The notes: a model not told the origin generated them from the sequence alone. A DNA stretch of 64,000 bases from Eledone cirrhosa (GCA_964016885.1 OZ024743.1:205220001-205284000); one strand, 5' to 3'; numbered from the stretch's first letter, positions 1 through 13,860 are shown. Program-made: numbers and translations.

Positions 1-1016
1 TGTCGATAATGATGATGGGCATATAATTAGAACAAGGAGGACAGAGAAATAAATAAGACATTTACAATGTAAGAAGATCGTGAATAAAATAGATAGGCAA
101 ATCTGGTTTAATTGACACATACACGTGTAGATGTATGCACATATATGTATAAATATATATTATATATACATATATATATATATTATACATAAATATATAT
201 AATGTTTATATATATATATACACAGAATCAGAAATCGGGTTTAAATGACACATACACGTGTAGATGTGTGCACACATACACACATATTTATATATATATA
301 TACATGCACACATTTATATATTATACATATATATACAGCTATAATATGAAATGAATCTGTGTAATTATTGTAAGGGAGGCAAGCAAGAGATGAAGGGTGC
401 CATTACTTAACACTGACGTGTCACTTAAGCAACCAGCTTTCTTTTATATATACTTTATCTCTCTCACTCTTTTTTCTTCTCTCTAGGTGCGTAAAGTAAA
501 ATATTTACCACTAACTCCGGATTTTTTTGCATGTTTAGGCTGCTCAGTGTTGTTCTGCGTCTTCTTTTTCGTTTTACTCATTACGGTTTTGGGTAAATGA
601 CTTCTCTTTACTTTGATAGAAATAGATGAAGACTAATAATAATAGAAGAAGTAGAAGTAAAGATACCAATGTGTTTGCTTTTGGTTTCTGTATAAAATAT
701 AAAGAGATTAAGAGTGTGAGAGGCGCTACTACTGCGAGAGTGACAGACAAGTTGTTAGCTAGCAGCCGCTCCAACGTGTAACATAACCGGTAAACTACTA
801 CACATCGTTCCTTCTGTTAAAAACTGACTAGACACAAATTACTGACACACACACGTGTCTTACTTTTATTAATGTTGTTGGTTGGGGAGGTTTTTGTAAA
901 TATATAATATTTAGTCCACATTTCTAATCCTTATATATATAAGGATTTGAAATGTAATTAGTTATAACAGTGACATACACAGGTACTTAAGTTTCGTTGG
1001 GTTATACACTCCAACC

Positions 1017-1049
<33 letters not shown>

Positions 1050-1050
<1 letters not shown>

Positions 1051-1242
1051 GCGAAGGAGTTGTGTTAAGGAACCAGATGGACCATAACGCATCAGAGTAC
1101 TCAATACTTAGAGTAGTAGAGTGGGTAATTTGAAAATGTATGACCCCGACGGCAGAGCTCAAGCCGTTTCGACGGCTATTTCTGGGTCCAGAAATAGCTG
1201 TCGAAACGGCTTGAGCTCTGCCGTCGGGGTCATACATTTTCA
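1050..1242. mobile_element. Fold-back element in (TA)n; palindrome 1131-1242 made of two HHR 3' halves, plus one-sided tail
   Basis: Near-perfect inverted repeat centred on CTGGGTCCAG. Each arm reads GAAA-cggc-loop-gccg-TC outward. Tail has GTACTCAA at 1097. Related copy at 53487-53588. Confidence 0.7.
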
Positions 1243-3425
1243 TATATATATATATATATCCGTATGCGGTTGACGACTGAGAGAATGGAGTACTCAATAC
1301 CTAAGTAGAGTTTTAATATTCAATATTATAGTAACAAGACTCACTTAGTATATGTATGGTATTTTTATGTAATTACAAAAATGTTACTTTAGTGCTAATA
1401 GAACTTTTTAAAATTTTTATCGCATCATAATAAGGCATTGGGAAGTCAGTTTTAATATATATATATATATTAGTAATAATAAAAAAGACCAAATCCAGAG
1501 AGGACTCGCTAAGAGTTGTATATGTATATATAGAGATAGATATGTCTGGAACTAGCTGTTAAAAGGGCAAGAGCTCAGCCGTCGAGCCCAGACTATAATA
1601 TATAAATTTCTACCTGTTCCAATAACCACATGGCATTGACAAACTGTCGCCACTTTTGACATCTGTTACAAACGGACACTTGACCATGTTTTATATTCCT
1701 AGCTTTGTTTATATACTGTAACAAGCTGTTATTTTATGTTTCAAGTAATATTTTTTAAAGTCTAGGTTTGTTTGTATATTACACACATTAATGTCCCAAA
1801 CATATGTTTACTATGTATATACATTACATGTGTACTGGATTTATTGTGAAAGCTTTTTTTAAAAATAGAATGTATACAAATAGACAATTTATATTTTTTG
1901 TAAAAATTATATTAGAAAAGAAGGGGTGGTGGAGAAGACACAAAACAAGGGGTGTTGTGGTTTTCCCCTAATAATTTTAAGGCAAGCCAGTGCAGCATTG
2001 ATACTGGTGATGGCGTGGCTAAGGCGTTGGAATAACCAAGCTCAATTGCATTTATTTATATATGTGCGGTTGTTATTTGCCATCGAATATAGTTTGATAA
2101 TGAACATGTTAGCAAGGTTTAGTTTAGTTGTAAGTACCGGCAAGTCGGATGATCACATGGTGTACCACGTGGTAAGCGGTGCCACGTCATGTGTTAAGGA
2201 ACTTTTAAATGCGAAATGGGGAAATGTAAATATAATATATGAAATGAAAAATTACATTAAACAATATGAAAATCCCTTTAGTTGAGAGTCAACTTTGTTT
2301 TATAATAGTGTGTGGGAATAGTAAGTTTGAAGTAAGGTCGCTTGGGTTGGGCTCATGAAAACATATTTAGTTTTCTGCAGGAATGTGAGAACTAAAAGAG
2401 AAAGTTTCAATTAAAAATTAAAAAAACTAGTAAAACTTTTATTTCCCATAATTATGCATACAAACAAACACAATTTATATTAACAAATATGGGGAGAAGA
2501 TACACACCACAGGGGAAGCTGGAGTTTCCCTGTAATACTTTTTGAGGCACCCCTAACACACTGCATCGCAGCCCCTGCTAGTGGGGTTAAGACGCTGGAA
2601 TAACCAAGTACCCTTGCAGACATCACCTAATTTGTTGGTAAGGCAAGCAACTATCAATAACAAGAACCTCATTGTCAGTGGCCCAGCTCCCTCCAAATGT
2701 ATCAAACATCACAGGCTGAAAATAAAATAGTTTCCTAATATTTTAGAATGATATTCTGTTTGGCTACTTTAGACATAGTTACCCTCACCTTCACCACAGC
2801 ATCCAGGGTATGGGAAAGAACAAAATAGCCACTAACATATTTTGTTTATTTACACCTCCATCATCATCATCATCATTATCATCATCATCAACACCAACAT
2901 CATCATCACCATCACCATCACCATCACCATCATCATCACCATCATTATCATTATCATCATTATCAGTATCATTATCATTTAACGCTTGTTTTCCTTGCTA
3001 GCAAGGGTTAGTTATGTCGTCACAGATGAAGTCAGTACTTAAGTGGAACTCCCTGACTGCCCATATTGACCAGGTATTTTTTATTATGGCACCAACTCTA
3101 AGGAGGTTATCATGTTTCTGACACAACTGAGGACTCCGCTTTATCGTTTGTTGGGCAAGTTTTCTATAGCTGGATGTAGTGCTGGATTTACCTATAAGCT
3201 AAATAAACTATAGTTTAGGGCCACACACCCTCAAGGCATCATTTAAAAAAAAATATATTTTTATTGTATCATTAGTTTTTATTCTGTAACCCTAAATCAT
3301 CAAAAATTATATTGAAACAACATATCTCTAGCAGTCAACTGATGACATGGAACTACTGTCTGTATTTGCTCATTTTCCTGTCTTTGCCTATAGTTTTTTT
3401 TCATATGTATATGCAAATTCTGGGA

Positions 3426-3685
3426 AGGTTTGGTAGAAGCAGTAGAGAGCTTCTACTACTTGGGTGACCAAATTAGAAACGGAGGTGGGTGATCTGACAA
3501 TACAGTAGCCAGAGTGAGAACGAGATGGAAGAAATTCAGAGGGATACAACCACTGCTAGCTACAAAAGGATTTTCCCTCAAAATAAAAGGCAGACTGTTT
3601 GATGCATGCATACAAACAGCAATGTTGCATGGTAGTGAGACCTGGGTGCTGTGTGCAGAAGACTTGCATAGATTGGAAAGAAATC
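3426..3685 (+). mobile_element. RTE-clade LINE internal fragment
   Basis: ORF 3514-3696 (WKKFR..PLL..KGFSLKIKGRLFDACIQTAMLHGSETW) matches the RT C-terminal region of the larger RTE copies in this window. Confidence 0.85.
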
Positions 3686-3689
3686 ACCT

Positions 3690-3895
3690 TATCTGAACAG
3701 ATACAGTCTATTTCTAATCACCTGTGGTTCATTAGCCCGAGATCACCTCATCTGAGAAAATCTATAACGGTACAGTCTATTTCTGAGCACCTATAGTTCA
3801 CTAGCCTCAGATCACCTCATCTGAGATCTATATCGATACAGTCTATTTCTGGGCACCTGTGGTTTACCAGCCCAGTTCAACTTATCTGAGCAGAT
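3690..3895. repeat. Degenerate tandem repeat, about 3 copies of a 65-70 bp unit
   Basis: Recurring tacagtctatttct..cacct.t.gttca.tagcc..agatcacctcatctgag. Confidence 0.75.
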
Positions 3896-4895
3896 CAATA
3901 ATGAAAGGGATTCCAACTATGAACATCCCATCTTATTTTCAAACATACTATCATACAGTTATATTATATAATATGTTTTGTTGATGGTATTAGGGTGGGG
4001 CATGTTTTATGTGTGGGGGTTATTTTTGTACTTGAAACTATCCTGTGCATTTCATTGAAGATTTGTTGGTAATGTGATTTTGAATGCAATGATTTGAATA
4101 TATTTTGTAAGTTGGAGAAAGGAATATTCTGGCTGGCAATGTGTAAGATGAGTCTTTTGGGACTTAAAGTGTACAAATCAAAGTGAAAGGTCCCTGTGAT
4201 TCTGCTTTGGTTGGGATTTGGTTAGGTCTAAGCCACATGCTGATACAGAAATGCTGTCACTCATCTAAATTTCCAGGTTCAGGAGATTTTCCAGTATTGA
4301 TAAGAGAAGTTGAAGATATTCCTCTTTATAAGTATAAAATAGTTAATCCTTAATAAATGAATATATAATCTACATTATTATATATTGTAGTAGCCACTTA
4401 ACCTAAGTGGTTACTACAGTACCAACAAAAATTGTGAAATATGTGCGGAAGTAAATGATTGTAGCTTGTCCAGTAAGATGTTTACACACTGTAAAGTGGT
4501 TGATGATAGGAAGGATGTGCTTGCTAAACAAAGGCTTGGAAGGACCCTTCAGTCTTGTCAAGGACATGACAGCCTTTCTAGTGTTGGTGATCTGCACAAT
4601 AAATGCTCACTGTACATACTGTTAAATGTTTGGTGATAGGAAGGGCATCCAGCCATAGAAAGCTTGCCAATCAAATGGTTGGGAGGACTCAAATATCTGC
4701 ATAATGTCTCTGTTGTGAACTTGTACATAACATGTTCCACTGACTGAGTGCACTAAACCCTTGCATATTTTATACCAAGATTTTACTACAATATACAAAA
4801 AAATATATATGTAAAAGATAAACAGAAATAACAAAGTAAATGACAATACATTGAAGAAATATATTAGTTTAAAACTTGAAATAACAGGAAAAGTG

Positions 4896-4931
4896 TCTTA
4901 ATGTTTCAGACACTAGTCCTTCATCAGATGA
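4896..4931 (-). ncRNA. Degenerate minimal HHR (family of 8166 and 13003)
   Basis: Minus strand: tcat CTGATGA a-ggac-tagt-gtct GAAA ca TT aaga. Stem I has a mismatch. Confidence 0.5.
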
Positions 4932-5299
4932 TAGCGATAGAAATAAAAGATAAAATAAAAAGATAAAGGGGGAGAAGAAGGAATGAGGAAAAATGAGAAA
5001 AAAACACGTGCGTGTGTTAATCAAAAAGAGTAAATACTTCCAATTAATAATATTTTTTAAAACTGAATGTGTTTATGTCATTATAGATATAGAAGAGATA
5101 TTGTTTGATAAAAGAAGATATAAGTGGGACATAATAACACAGCATATATAACAAACTGAGATGACAAAATAGATTACCTAGATCATTGAAAAACTTTACT
5201 AATGCTTAAATTTTTTTAATTTAGTAAGAACAAAAGGGAAAAATATATATTGAGTATATCAGAGCATTATTAAATATTGTACATCTTCAGAAGTAATCA

Positions 5300-5665
5300 T
5301 TATCATTATCATCGTTTTTACACCCATTTTTCCATGCTTCGATGGGTTGGACAGGTCCTTCTCAGCACAGCATCTCTCCACTTATCACGTTCCTTCGTCA
5401 TCTTCTCTGTGAGTTTCAGCGATTTGAGGTCAGTACTCACCACATCTACCCAGGTCTTTCTTGGTCTACTTCTATTGCAGCTTCCTTCCACAGGCATTTT
5501 CTGGCACTTCTTCACCCAGCGATCATCATCCATGTGTACCACATGACCATATCAACGCAGTCTTCTCTCCTGCACACCACCTCAGATTCCTCTTAAACCC
5601 AGTTTCTCTCTCAGTTCGTCCAAGCTCTGCCTTTCTCGCACATTTACATTACATATCCAACAAAG
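5300..5665 (-). mobile_element. RTE LINE 3' end
   Basis: ORF 5318-5542 ([13 protein letters not shown]...RPRKTW) followed by a gcatggaaaaatgg...(GAT)n tail. Confidence 0.85.
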
Positions 5666-6385
5666 CATGGCTACTTGATTTCTAACCAGTCTATGCATAT
5701 TTTCTGCAGTCTCAGTCCATGTTTCACTATAAATGATTATACAATGAGCTGGTAATAAGTAAGCTCAAAATAAAACATTGTTGCACCTTCGAAGGAGAAC
5801 ATCTTTGTTGCTTACATTCAACCCACCACCACCACTAAATTGTAATAATATAAGCATTAATTGAATAACATGCTGAAACATTTGTAAAGCTCTTAAATAA
5901 TGCAGGAAATCTATTTTGTCATCCCAATTTTATATATATATCTGCTGTGTAATATCTGCTGATAATATGCAATTTTCTGAACACTGCAGTTTTAATATCT
6001 GTAGTTGTGAAATATATTGCACAGAAATGGATTCTGTCCAGGAGAAAGATACATAACATATCTCTACCAAAACATAGTCACTGCACTTGTTATTAACTAA
6101 AATGTGTACACTTTGAACTATGCCATGCAATCTCATTACTGCAATCTTACAGATTCATTGAGTGGGTGAGTCATGGCCGGAGATTGATGGATTAATATCA
6201 ACGATTTTCGTAAACCCCATATATATATATATTTTTTTGAGTATATGTTGGTTGTTTACCGACACCTCAGTATGCAGACTGGAGCACTCGACGAAGTATG
6301 CAGGTTGATTTGGTTACTCCGGAGTAATGTAAAATAAAGTAATTAAGTCAAATATTTAAGATTTGGTTTCGTTTATTAAAGATGT

Positions 6386-6440
6386 ACTGCTATATATATT
6401 TCGGTGACAGCCATCATTGGCTGTGACCTCTTCAGGCAGT
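6386..6440 (-). ncRNA. Type I hammerhead ribozyme
   Basis: actgc CTGAAGA ggtcacagcca-atga-tggctgtcacc GAAA tatata TA gcagt. Confidence 0.85.
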
Positions 6441-6661
6441 TCGAATTGGTGTGGTAGAGACAGGTACACATGTTGTTAAAGTGTTTTACTCCGTCAATAC
6501 TCCGATATGTCCAGCTCCTGGTTGGTTAAGATTTGGCTTCATTTATTAAAGATGTACTGCTATATATATTTCGGTCACAGCCAGGAGCTGGACATATCGG
6601 AGTATTGACGGAGTAAAACACTTTAACAACATGTGTACCTGTCTCTACTACACCAATTCGA

Positions 6662-6716
6662 ACTGCCTGAAGAGGTCACAGCCAATGATGGCTGTCACTG
6701 AAATATATATAGCAGT
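6662..6716 (+). ncRNA. Type I hammerhead ribozyme
   Basis: actgc CTGAAGA [long stem II] GAAA tatata TA gcagt. Stem I is perfect and stem III is palindromic. Confidence 0.85.
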
Positions 6717-6787
6717 ACATCTTTAATAAACGAAGCCGAATCTTAAATATTTGACTTAATTACTTTATTTTATATATATATATATAT

Positions 6788-6874
<87 letters not shown>

Positions 6875-7094
6875 TATATATATATATATAATATGGAAAA
6901 CGAAGAATCAGTGATGCATCAGAACACAATTTATTACATATTGCAATTGTTTCTCCGGCAAACAGCTCGTGGTGCGATCTGTTTGTGGATCAAACCTGAC
7001 TCTGGATTTGCAAGTTCCTCAGATACGTCTAGTGATTTCGAAGCAAATCCTCTACCGCCTATGGACACATCCAAGCAACCATACTACAAATATA

Positions 7095-7530
7095 TCATCA
7101 TCATCATTTTACGTCCGCTTTTCCCTGCTTGCAAGGGTTGGACGGCTCCTATTCAGCACAGCATCTCTCCACTTGTCATGGTCCTTCGTCATCTCCTCCA
7201 CGAGCTTCAGCGATCTGAGGTCTGCTCTCACCACCTCCGCCCATGTTTTTCGTGGTCTTCCTCTACTCTCCTGGGATTTCTTGGCACTTCTTTACCCAGC
7301 GGTCATCCTCCATGCACATCCCATGTCCATACCATCTCAGTCTTCTCGCCTGCACACCACAACTTATCCCTCTTATACCCAGTTTCTCTCTCAACTCATC
7401 TATGCTTGGTCATTCATGCACATTGATATTGCACATCCAATGGAGCATACTTGCTTCATTTCTCTCCAGCCGTCGCATATCCTCTGTAGTTGCTGCTCAT
7501 GTCTCACTACCATACAGCATCGCACAGACA
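7095..7530 (-). mobile_element. RTE LINE 3' end
   Basis: Similar to 5300-5665 and 34090-34460; ends in gcaagcagggaaaagcggacgtaaaa(tga)n. Confidence 0.8.
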
Positions 7531-7743
7531 TCATGTATATATGTATATATATATGAATATATATATGTATATATATATGTATATATATATATATGTATAT
7601 ATATATGTATATATATATGTATATATATATATATGTATATATATATGTATATGTGTATGTATCTATATATATATATATATATATATAAAGGAAAAGAAAT
7701 TGAAATTGCTGTATTTCAATAGTCTTTTAAGATTATTTATTTG

Positions 7744-7787
7744 TTTACTTTACTGGTTTCACAGTTCTTATGCTTTTCAAAAATAAA
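7744..7787 (-). ncRNA. HHR, U3-A8 variant
   Basis: tttattt TTGAAAA gca-taagaac-tgt GAAA ccag TA aagtaaa. Confidence 0.65.
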
Positions 7788-7862
7788 TTGGGATGGAGGG
7801 TTTGTGTTTCTGTTGTGGTTTAAGACAAACCACAGCAGAAACACAAACCCTCCATCTCAATT

Positions 7863-7904
7863 TTACTTTTGAAAACTATAAGAACTGTGAAACCGGTAAA
7901 GTAA
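7863..7904 (+). ncRNA. HHR, U3-A8 variant
   Basis: ttactt TTGAAAA ctataagaactgt GAAA ccgg TA aagtaa. Stem I is perfect, stem III is the palindrome ACCGGT, and stem II is eroded. Confidence 0.65.
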
Positions 7905-8165
7905 ATAAATATTCTTAAAAGAATCCAGTTGCATTTTCAATTTCTTTTCCTTATACTTTCACCCATGTAGGACATCTCGTTTTTTTCTTTTCTTTTTTTT
8001 TTTAATTAAAAAACCTTCCCTCCAAAAAATAAATCATACACAATACGTCAGCACCAACAGTTTTGCAAGGGATGTCAACATGAATGGACCTGTTATTTTT
8101 ATCTAAAGTCATTTTTTCCAATTCCATCCTGCCCGTCCCCTCAATCTATCTTATTTCCCATTCTT

Positions 8166-8201
8166 TCTTCTGATGAAGGACTATCATCTGAAACGTTAAG
8201 A
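8166..8201 (+). ncRNA. Minimal HHR within dispersed repeat 8075-8290
   Basis: tctt CTGATGA aggactatcatct GAAA cg TT aaga. The surrounding ~210 bp recur at 12911-13105. Confidence 0.65.
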
Positions 8202-8529
8202 CCCTCTTCCTGCTATATCAAGCATTAACCTAATATATCCCTTCCATATCTATTGTACCGTTTATGTTGTTATTTCTGTTTACCTTTTACATATATATAT
8301 ATTATATATGTAGGAGGTGAGTTTTATTGTAGCACAATAAAGCAATGCAAATATTGGATAAGTAGCACTCAACAGTTTATAGGACTGGAGTATATATAAT
8401 ATAAAATGATGATATTTGTTTTTGAAATGCGCATAATAAAATACATGGAACTCTTTTAACCATCTTTTGATTTTATATTATATATATATATATATATGCA
8501 AATATATGCAAATATATATATATATATAT

Positions 8530-9200
8530 CATCATCATCATCATCATCATCAACGTTTAACGTCCGTGTTCCACGCTTGCATGGGTTTGGACGGGGGTAG
8601 TCCCACTTGAGGCAAGAGTGATTGTCTTGCTCGCATAGGACTGTCTGGCAGGTTTTCTACAGTTGGATGCCCTTCCTAACACCAACCACATTTACAGTGT
8701 GGGTCTGGGAGGTTTTTACCGTGTTGCCTACACGGCCACATTACAGCGTGGACTGTGTGTTTTTTTGTCGTGACACCTACACGATCTCATTTGTTTCGGC
8801 CTGGATGGCGCGGCACCAACATAACTTTACATAGAACGGGGTGGTGTGGATGGGGTGGGGTGGGGGTGGTGGGACGGGGTGTATTTTGTTAGAGATGCCT
8901 ACTGGCTGGAGTAGGTTTTACTATATAATTAGGTAAGGCGGGTCTTCTCTGTTACTGAGTACCGCCAAAGGTCTCGGTCCAGTGACATTGTCTTGGAGAG
9001 GTGTAAGTGTGTGAGGTCGGAGTTTATCAGCTTGTCCCAGGTTTTTTTAGGTCTGCCTATTCCGTGGCTACCGTCTATCTTTATTGCCCTGCACTTTGTT
9101 ATACAGCTATCGACTTTCATGCGCATCACGTGTCCATACCAACGTAGCCTTCTCTCGAGTAAACAACATCTGATCCCTCTTATCTCTAATTTTTTCCTTA
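8530..9200 (-). mobile_element. RTE LINE 3' end with long 3' UTR
   Basis: ORF 8929-9129 matches the C-terminus of 41336-42259. The UTR matches 40820-41335. Confidence 0.9.
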
Positions 9201-9204
9201 GTTA

Positions 9205-9533
<329 letters not shown>

Positions 9534-9535
<2 letters not shown>

Positions 9536-9830
9536 AGGCACATGGCTTAGTGGTTATAGCATTGGCCTTGCAATCAAAAGGTTGTGAGTTCAATTCTCAG
9601 ACCGAGTGATGTGTTGTTTCCTTGGTCAAGACACTTTATTTCACATTGCTCCAGTTTATTCAGCTGTAGAAATGAGATGATAGGGACTGGGGTCACTATC
9701 ATTCCACTGCAAAGTGGCCGTGGAGGTGCCACGGCAAAAAAGCATCCAGCACTCACTGTAGAAATCAACCCAGAATCACTTCCCATCCTACCCTTGCAAG
9801 CATGGAAAAGCGGACATAAAATGATGATGA
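9534..9830 (+). mobile_element. tRNA-derived SINE, family 1
   Basis: A box TGGCTTAGTGG, B box GAGTTCAATTC, RTE-like 3' tail ending in (TGA)n. Confidence 0.9.
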
Positions 9831-10589
9831 TATATATATATATATATGTTTATTCTTGAACTATATATATATAGTTCAAGAATAAACAAGACAAACACAG
9901 AGATGCAAAAGCACAAAATCTTATTAGTTTCATGCTTGTGGAGAAGTAAATGAGAGTTTTGATGAATCGGACATTAGTCCTTCTTCAGGAAATGAAGAGT
10001 TTGGTGAGAGAGAGAGGGGGAGTAAAGGGTGGAGCAACAGAGTTTCAAAAAACAAAAAAACTTTTAAGAAGAATACAAGGGGTCAACGACAGTAAATGAA
10101 AATGCAGACAATGAGAAAAATTGCAGAAAGACAATAAAATGAAGAGAAACCATGGACAAGGAACTTTCCCTCATCAGTTACCTATTGTTGGATATCATGG
10201 CAGTTTTGTGCTGTTACAGATGGGACTGAAAATCAAAATACTTACCACAGTGATAAATATTTACACTGATTGGGAAATAAACAAACGAAAATATTTAACG
10301 AGAAGAGAGCAGAAAACAACAACAAAAAATACAAACAAACCTGGTTAAAAAAAAAACATGTTAGCACAAGGTATGAACAAGAATGTATATATATATGTAT
10401 GTGTATATATATGTTTATGCATGTGTATATTTGTATTTGTAAATATATATATATATATGTATACATGTATATATATATGTGTGTGTATATATATGCATGA
10501 ATATATATATGTGTGTGTATATATGTATGTATATATCTATATCTATATATGTATTTAGAATGTGTATACACACATGTTTATATATATAT

Positions 10590-10660
10590 AAATGACTTCT
10601 ACAGGACTAGAACTGTTTCATATGAATTAAACAGTTCTAGTCTTGTAAAAGTCATTTTTA
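10590..10660. repeat. Short palindrome of HHR 3' halves (family of 13922)
   Basis: aatgacttctacaggactagaactgtttc...aaacagttctagtcttgtaaaagtcatt; no CTGANGA present. Confidence 0.7.
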
Positions 10661-10787
10661 TTTATATATAAATATATATATAATGTATAAACACACACAC
10701 ACGCGCACACACACACAAATATAAAGAATACGTGTCCAGCAGAAACATAAAGAGAAGATGCTTCAAAGAGGAAAAGAATGAGAAAAA

Positions 10788-10995
10788 GTACTCTCTATAT
10801 ACTATTGTATTTTCATGGTAAAGGCTTTACCTCACATAATTATCTCACATAATATTGAATCTATGAGATTTTGATATTATTTATTTTGAGAACAATACCT
10901 TAACATCAGTATGAGTGACCAGTTATAGCCAGTTTGAATAGAAAAAGGTGAGAGAATTCTGGCCAGATATAGCAGGTTTAAATGCTAAAGGGTTA
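10788..10995 (-). mobile_element. piggyBac-like MITE end; homologous copy at 46315-46490 (+)
   Basis: Terminus (t)taaccctttagcatttaaa. The two loci are reverse-complement homologues over about 180 bp. Confidence 0.55.
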
Positions 10996-12232
10996 GATGG
11001 GGCTATCCTGTTGAATATATCATCATCATCATTGTTTTATGTCTGTCCAGGTTATAAGATTTGAGCAAAGAAACAATGTTTCCATTGGTTTTGCCAACTT
11101 CTGGCATTGTGAAATAACAGTGGTCATGCTGGTGACATGATGAAAAAGTACCTAGTTCACACTGTAAGGTGGTCATGCTGGTGACATGATGAAAAAGTAC
11201 CCAGTCGACCCTCTCAGTTGGTCGTTTTGGTGCCACAATAAAAGGCACTCAGTCCATGTTGTAAATGAGAGGGAGTATAAAAAAAGTATGTGAGAGAGAT
11301 ATAGTTTAAGAAATATGTGGCCTGGTCACAGCCTATAGAAGTTTTCAAAGAATTACAGCTTTGGTTCTAATTCTCTTGAGATGGGAAAATAGAAATATGA
11401 TTCACTAAAGATTCTTTCCCGGAAATTACCACTAGTACGATGAACATACCATTGTAAGGAACCTCTATATTGTTGCTTTACTTGCTAGAAATAACAGCCA
11501 AATCTCCTTCAAAGTACATGCTACTACTTTAAAAGTTTTACTGTCCTGTACGACATGAAAAAGGATTAAGAATGTTAAGAATGAAAAAAAACTTGTAAGA
11601 CACATTATGTAGAGTTTATGTAGCATTAGAAAACTCTGGATCGTCATGGCTGGAACACCTGCTCATTCATTCTTATCATTATCATCATTATCCTTTAATC
11701 TGGGAACACTCTTGACAATTCTTCCTTGATGATATCCAGCCTTGTGGGGCCTGCCATGGTGCCTCTTCCAGTCTGTAGCAGTTGTGTTGAGAGTAAGGCC
11801 CTGGTAGGATGATCTGGCAGCAAATGGAGGACATGTCTGTAACAGTACATGTGGCGGATGGCCATGAGGCAGGAGGTTGTGGGTTGATACATGTGCTTAC
11901 GCCTCCATACTATACACATACATATATCAATTCATTATCATGAAGAGATTCTGTGAATGTGCTGGGGTGTTTGATTTCCACAAAAATGTCAGCAACACCA
12001 AGAAACCAGAGGAATTTTTGTGTTGGTGGTGGTGTTGGAGGTTTTGGATGAAGGAATGTATTAGAAAACAATGCTAAAAGGGAAATACAACATGGCATTA
12101 AAGACTCATATAACATAACACTTCAATATGGATTCTCATGTATTCACATTATATATGTATATATATGTATGTATAGATATATGTATATATATATATGTAT
12201 ATAGAAGTAGTAACACAACAGTTAGTTCACCA

Positions 12233-12275
12233 TACCGAGAACAATTGTTTCACCTTAGTGGATCTTCAGCTTGTA
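12233..12275 (-). ncRNA. Minimal HHR
   Basis: tacaag CTGAAGA t-cc-actaa-gg-t GAAA caattg TT ctcggta. Stem III is palindromic; stem I is imperfect. Confidence 0.6.
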
Positions 12276-13002
12276 CTGGTCATGTATATATATATATAAA
12301 CATATATATGTATTGGTGCTCCGACATAGCTATATACATATATATATGTATTGTATATTGAACAATATACAGAATATTTATGAAAAACATTTGAAGGCCT
12401 TTCACTATGAGTTTTTTAAGGTTGTGATCATCGTCACACACCCAGCTTCAGTAAAAACAGGGAGAAGTAATCGACTCGTTTCTGGTTTATTAGTGATTAC
12501 CAAGACTACATATCTCTCTGTCTTTGTTGAAGCTAATTTAAGCTTGAATCTTATAGATTTCAGCCTATGTTTATGAGCTGATGAAACTTATTTGCATAGA
12601 GAGCGGTAGTTGGCTCAGCTTAAATTAAAAATTTGTATTGGAGCTTCAACATAGCGATGTACATATGAATGTACATATTGTATATTGAGGAAATAAGAAA
12701 CAATCAAAGAAGCAGATGAAATAACATGAAGTGTACATATATGGATGCATATCGAAAGTCATGTGGTTTTGTGGTTAGAGAATTTGGCTCACAAATGTAA
12801 GGTCATGAGTTCACTTCCCGGTGGAATATGTAGATCCAGAATTAACCTATTAGTTAAATCAAACAACGTAAAGAAAAGGAAAAAATGTATATATATATAT
12901 ATATACATATGTCAACATGAATGGACCTGTTATTTTTATCAGAAGATATTTTTTCCAATTCCAACCCGCCCGTCCCTTCAATCTATCTTATTTCTCATTC
13001 TT

Positions 13003-13038
13003 TCTTCTGATGAAAGACTAGCATCCGAAACATCAAGA
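13003..13038 (+). ncRNA. Minimal HHR within repeat 12911-13105
   Basis: tctt CTGATGA aagactagcatcc GAAA ca TC aaga. Confidence 0.6.
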
Positions 13039-13101
13039 CCCACTTCCTGCTATTTCAAGTGTTAATATTCCTTTCATATTGTGTTGTTATTTCTGTTTAC
13101 C

Positions 13102-13160
<59 letters not shown>

Positions 13161-13191
13161 AATGAAAAATATCTATATATCTATATATACA

Positions 13192-13231
<40 letters not shown>

Positions 13232-13449
13232 TGATGATGATGATGATATATATACCATCACCACCCCACCTCTTAAAGAACATATATATAAGAAGAAATT
13301 TTGACTTGAAATTCAAATATGTCCTAATTGTCCACAGAATATGAGAAGAAACCTTTTTATTTAGTAAGATTGACATACCAATCGAAATTGCTTATATTTG
13401 ACAAAATTTTAATTCATGTCAACAATATAACCACTTTACAGGGTGGACT

Positions 13450-13608
13450 CAGGGTCGTCTTAACAGCATATAGGCCCCCGAGCAAAGCAGAGCACTGGGG
13501 CCCCTACCTACACAACCACTCACAGGAATAAAAATACAAATGGGCCCCCTATCCTCGTGGGGCCCCCCAGGCAACTGCCCAGCATGCCCATGCGTTAAGA
13601 CGGCCCTT
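13450..13608. mobile_element. hAT-like MITE
   Basis: Terminal inverted repeats cagggtcgtcttaac / gttaagacggccct; internal GGCCCC motifs; no clear target-site duplication (TSD). Confidence 0.65.
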
Positions 13609-13860
13609 ATCATGACACCAACACTATCACTTTACTGGGTGTCTATAGGGGTATTTAACTGATTTTCTAAGCTATTATTTATACAAATTAACTGTATTCA
13701 CAGTTATTTCTTTGTGTTCAACATTTTCTACATTTTCTAAGCATATAATAAAGATAAAGACTGCTATTTCAAATGTTAAACTAATATATTTCTTCAATGT
13801 ACTGTGTCATTTGCCTTGTTATTTCTGCTTATTGTTTTACACACACATACACACACATAT

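Larger units (their letters stand above)
6233..6772. mobile_element. Fold-back pLTR-like element with HHRs on both strands
   Basis: Arms about 6329-6520 and 6581-6772. A partial tandem second unit lies at 6525-6580. One-sided tail 6233-6328. (TA)n on both flanks. Confidence 0.85.
7688..7952. mobile_element. Fold-back element with U3-A8 variant HHRs
   Basis: Inverted arms centred near 7822. Homologous single arms at 43805-43985 and, degraded, at 15515-15640. Confidence 0.8.

Noticed and set aside
1926-2285. 119-aa ORF as a host gene
   Set aside because: GTG start, no motif, and it overlaps a dispersed repeat.
3964-4330. Third PLE RT fragment (NIPFS-like, minus strand)
   Set aside because: Too degraded to support without a profile search.
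9534-9605. tRNA gene (also other SINE heads)
   Set aside because: A and B boxes belong to multi-copy SINEs; no complete cloverleaf.
9945-9995. HHR at 9945-9995 (-), 28890-28930 (+) and 25471-25505 (+)
   Set aside because: GAAA is replaced by GATT, GATA or AAAA. Probably decayed relatives, so not called as ribozymes.
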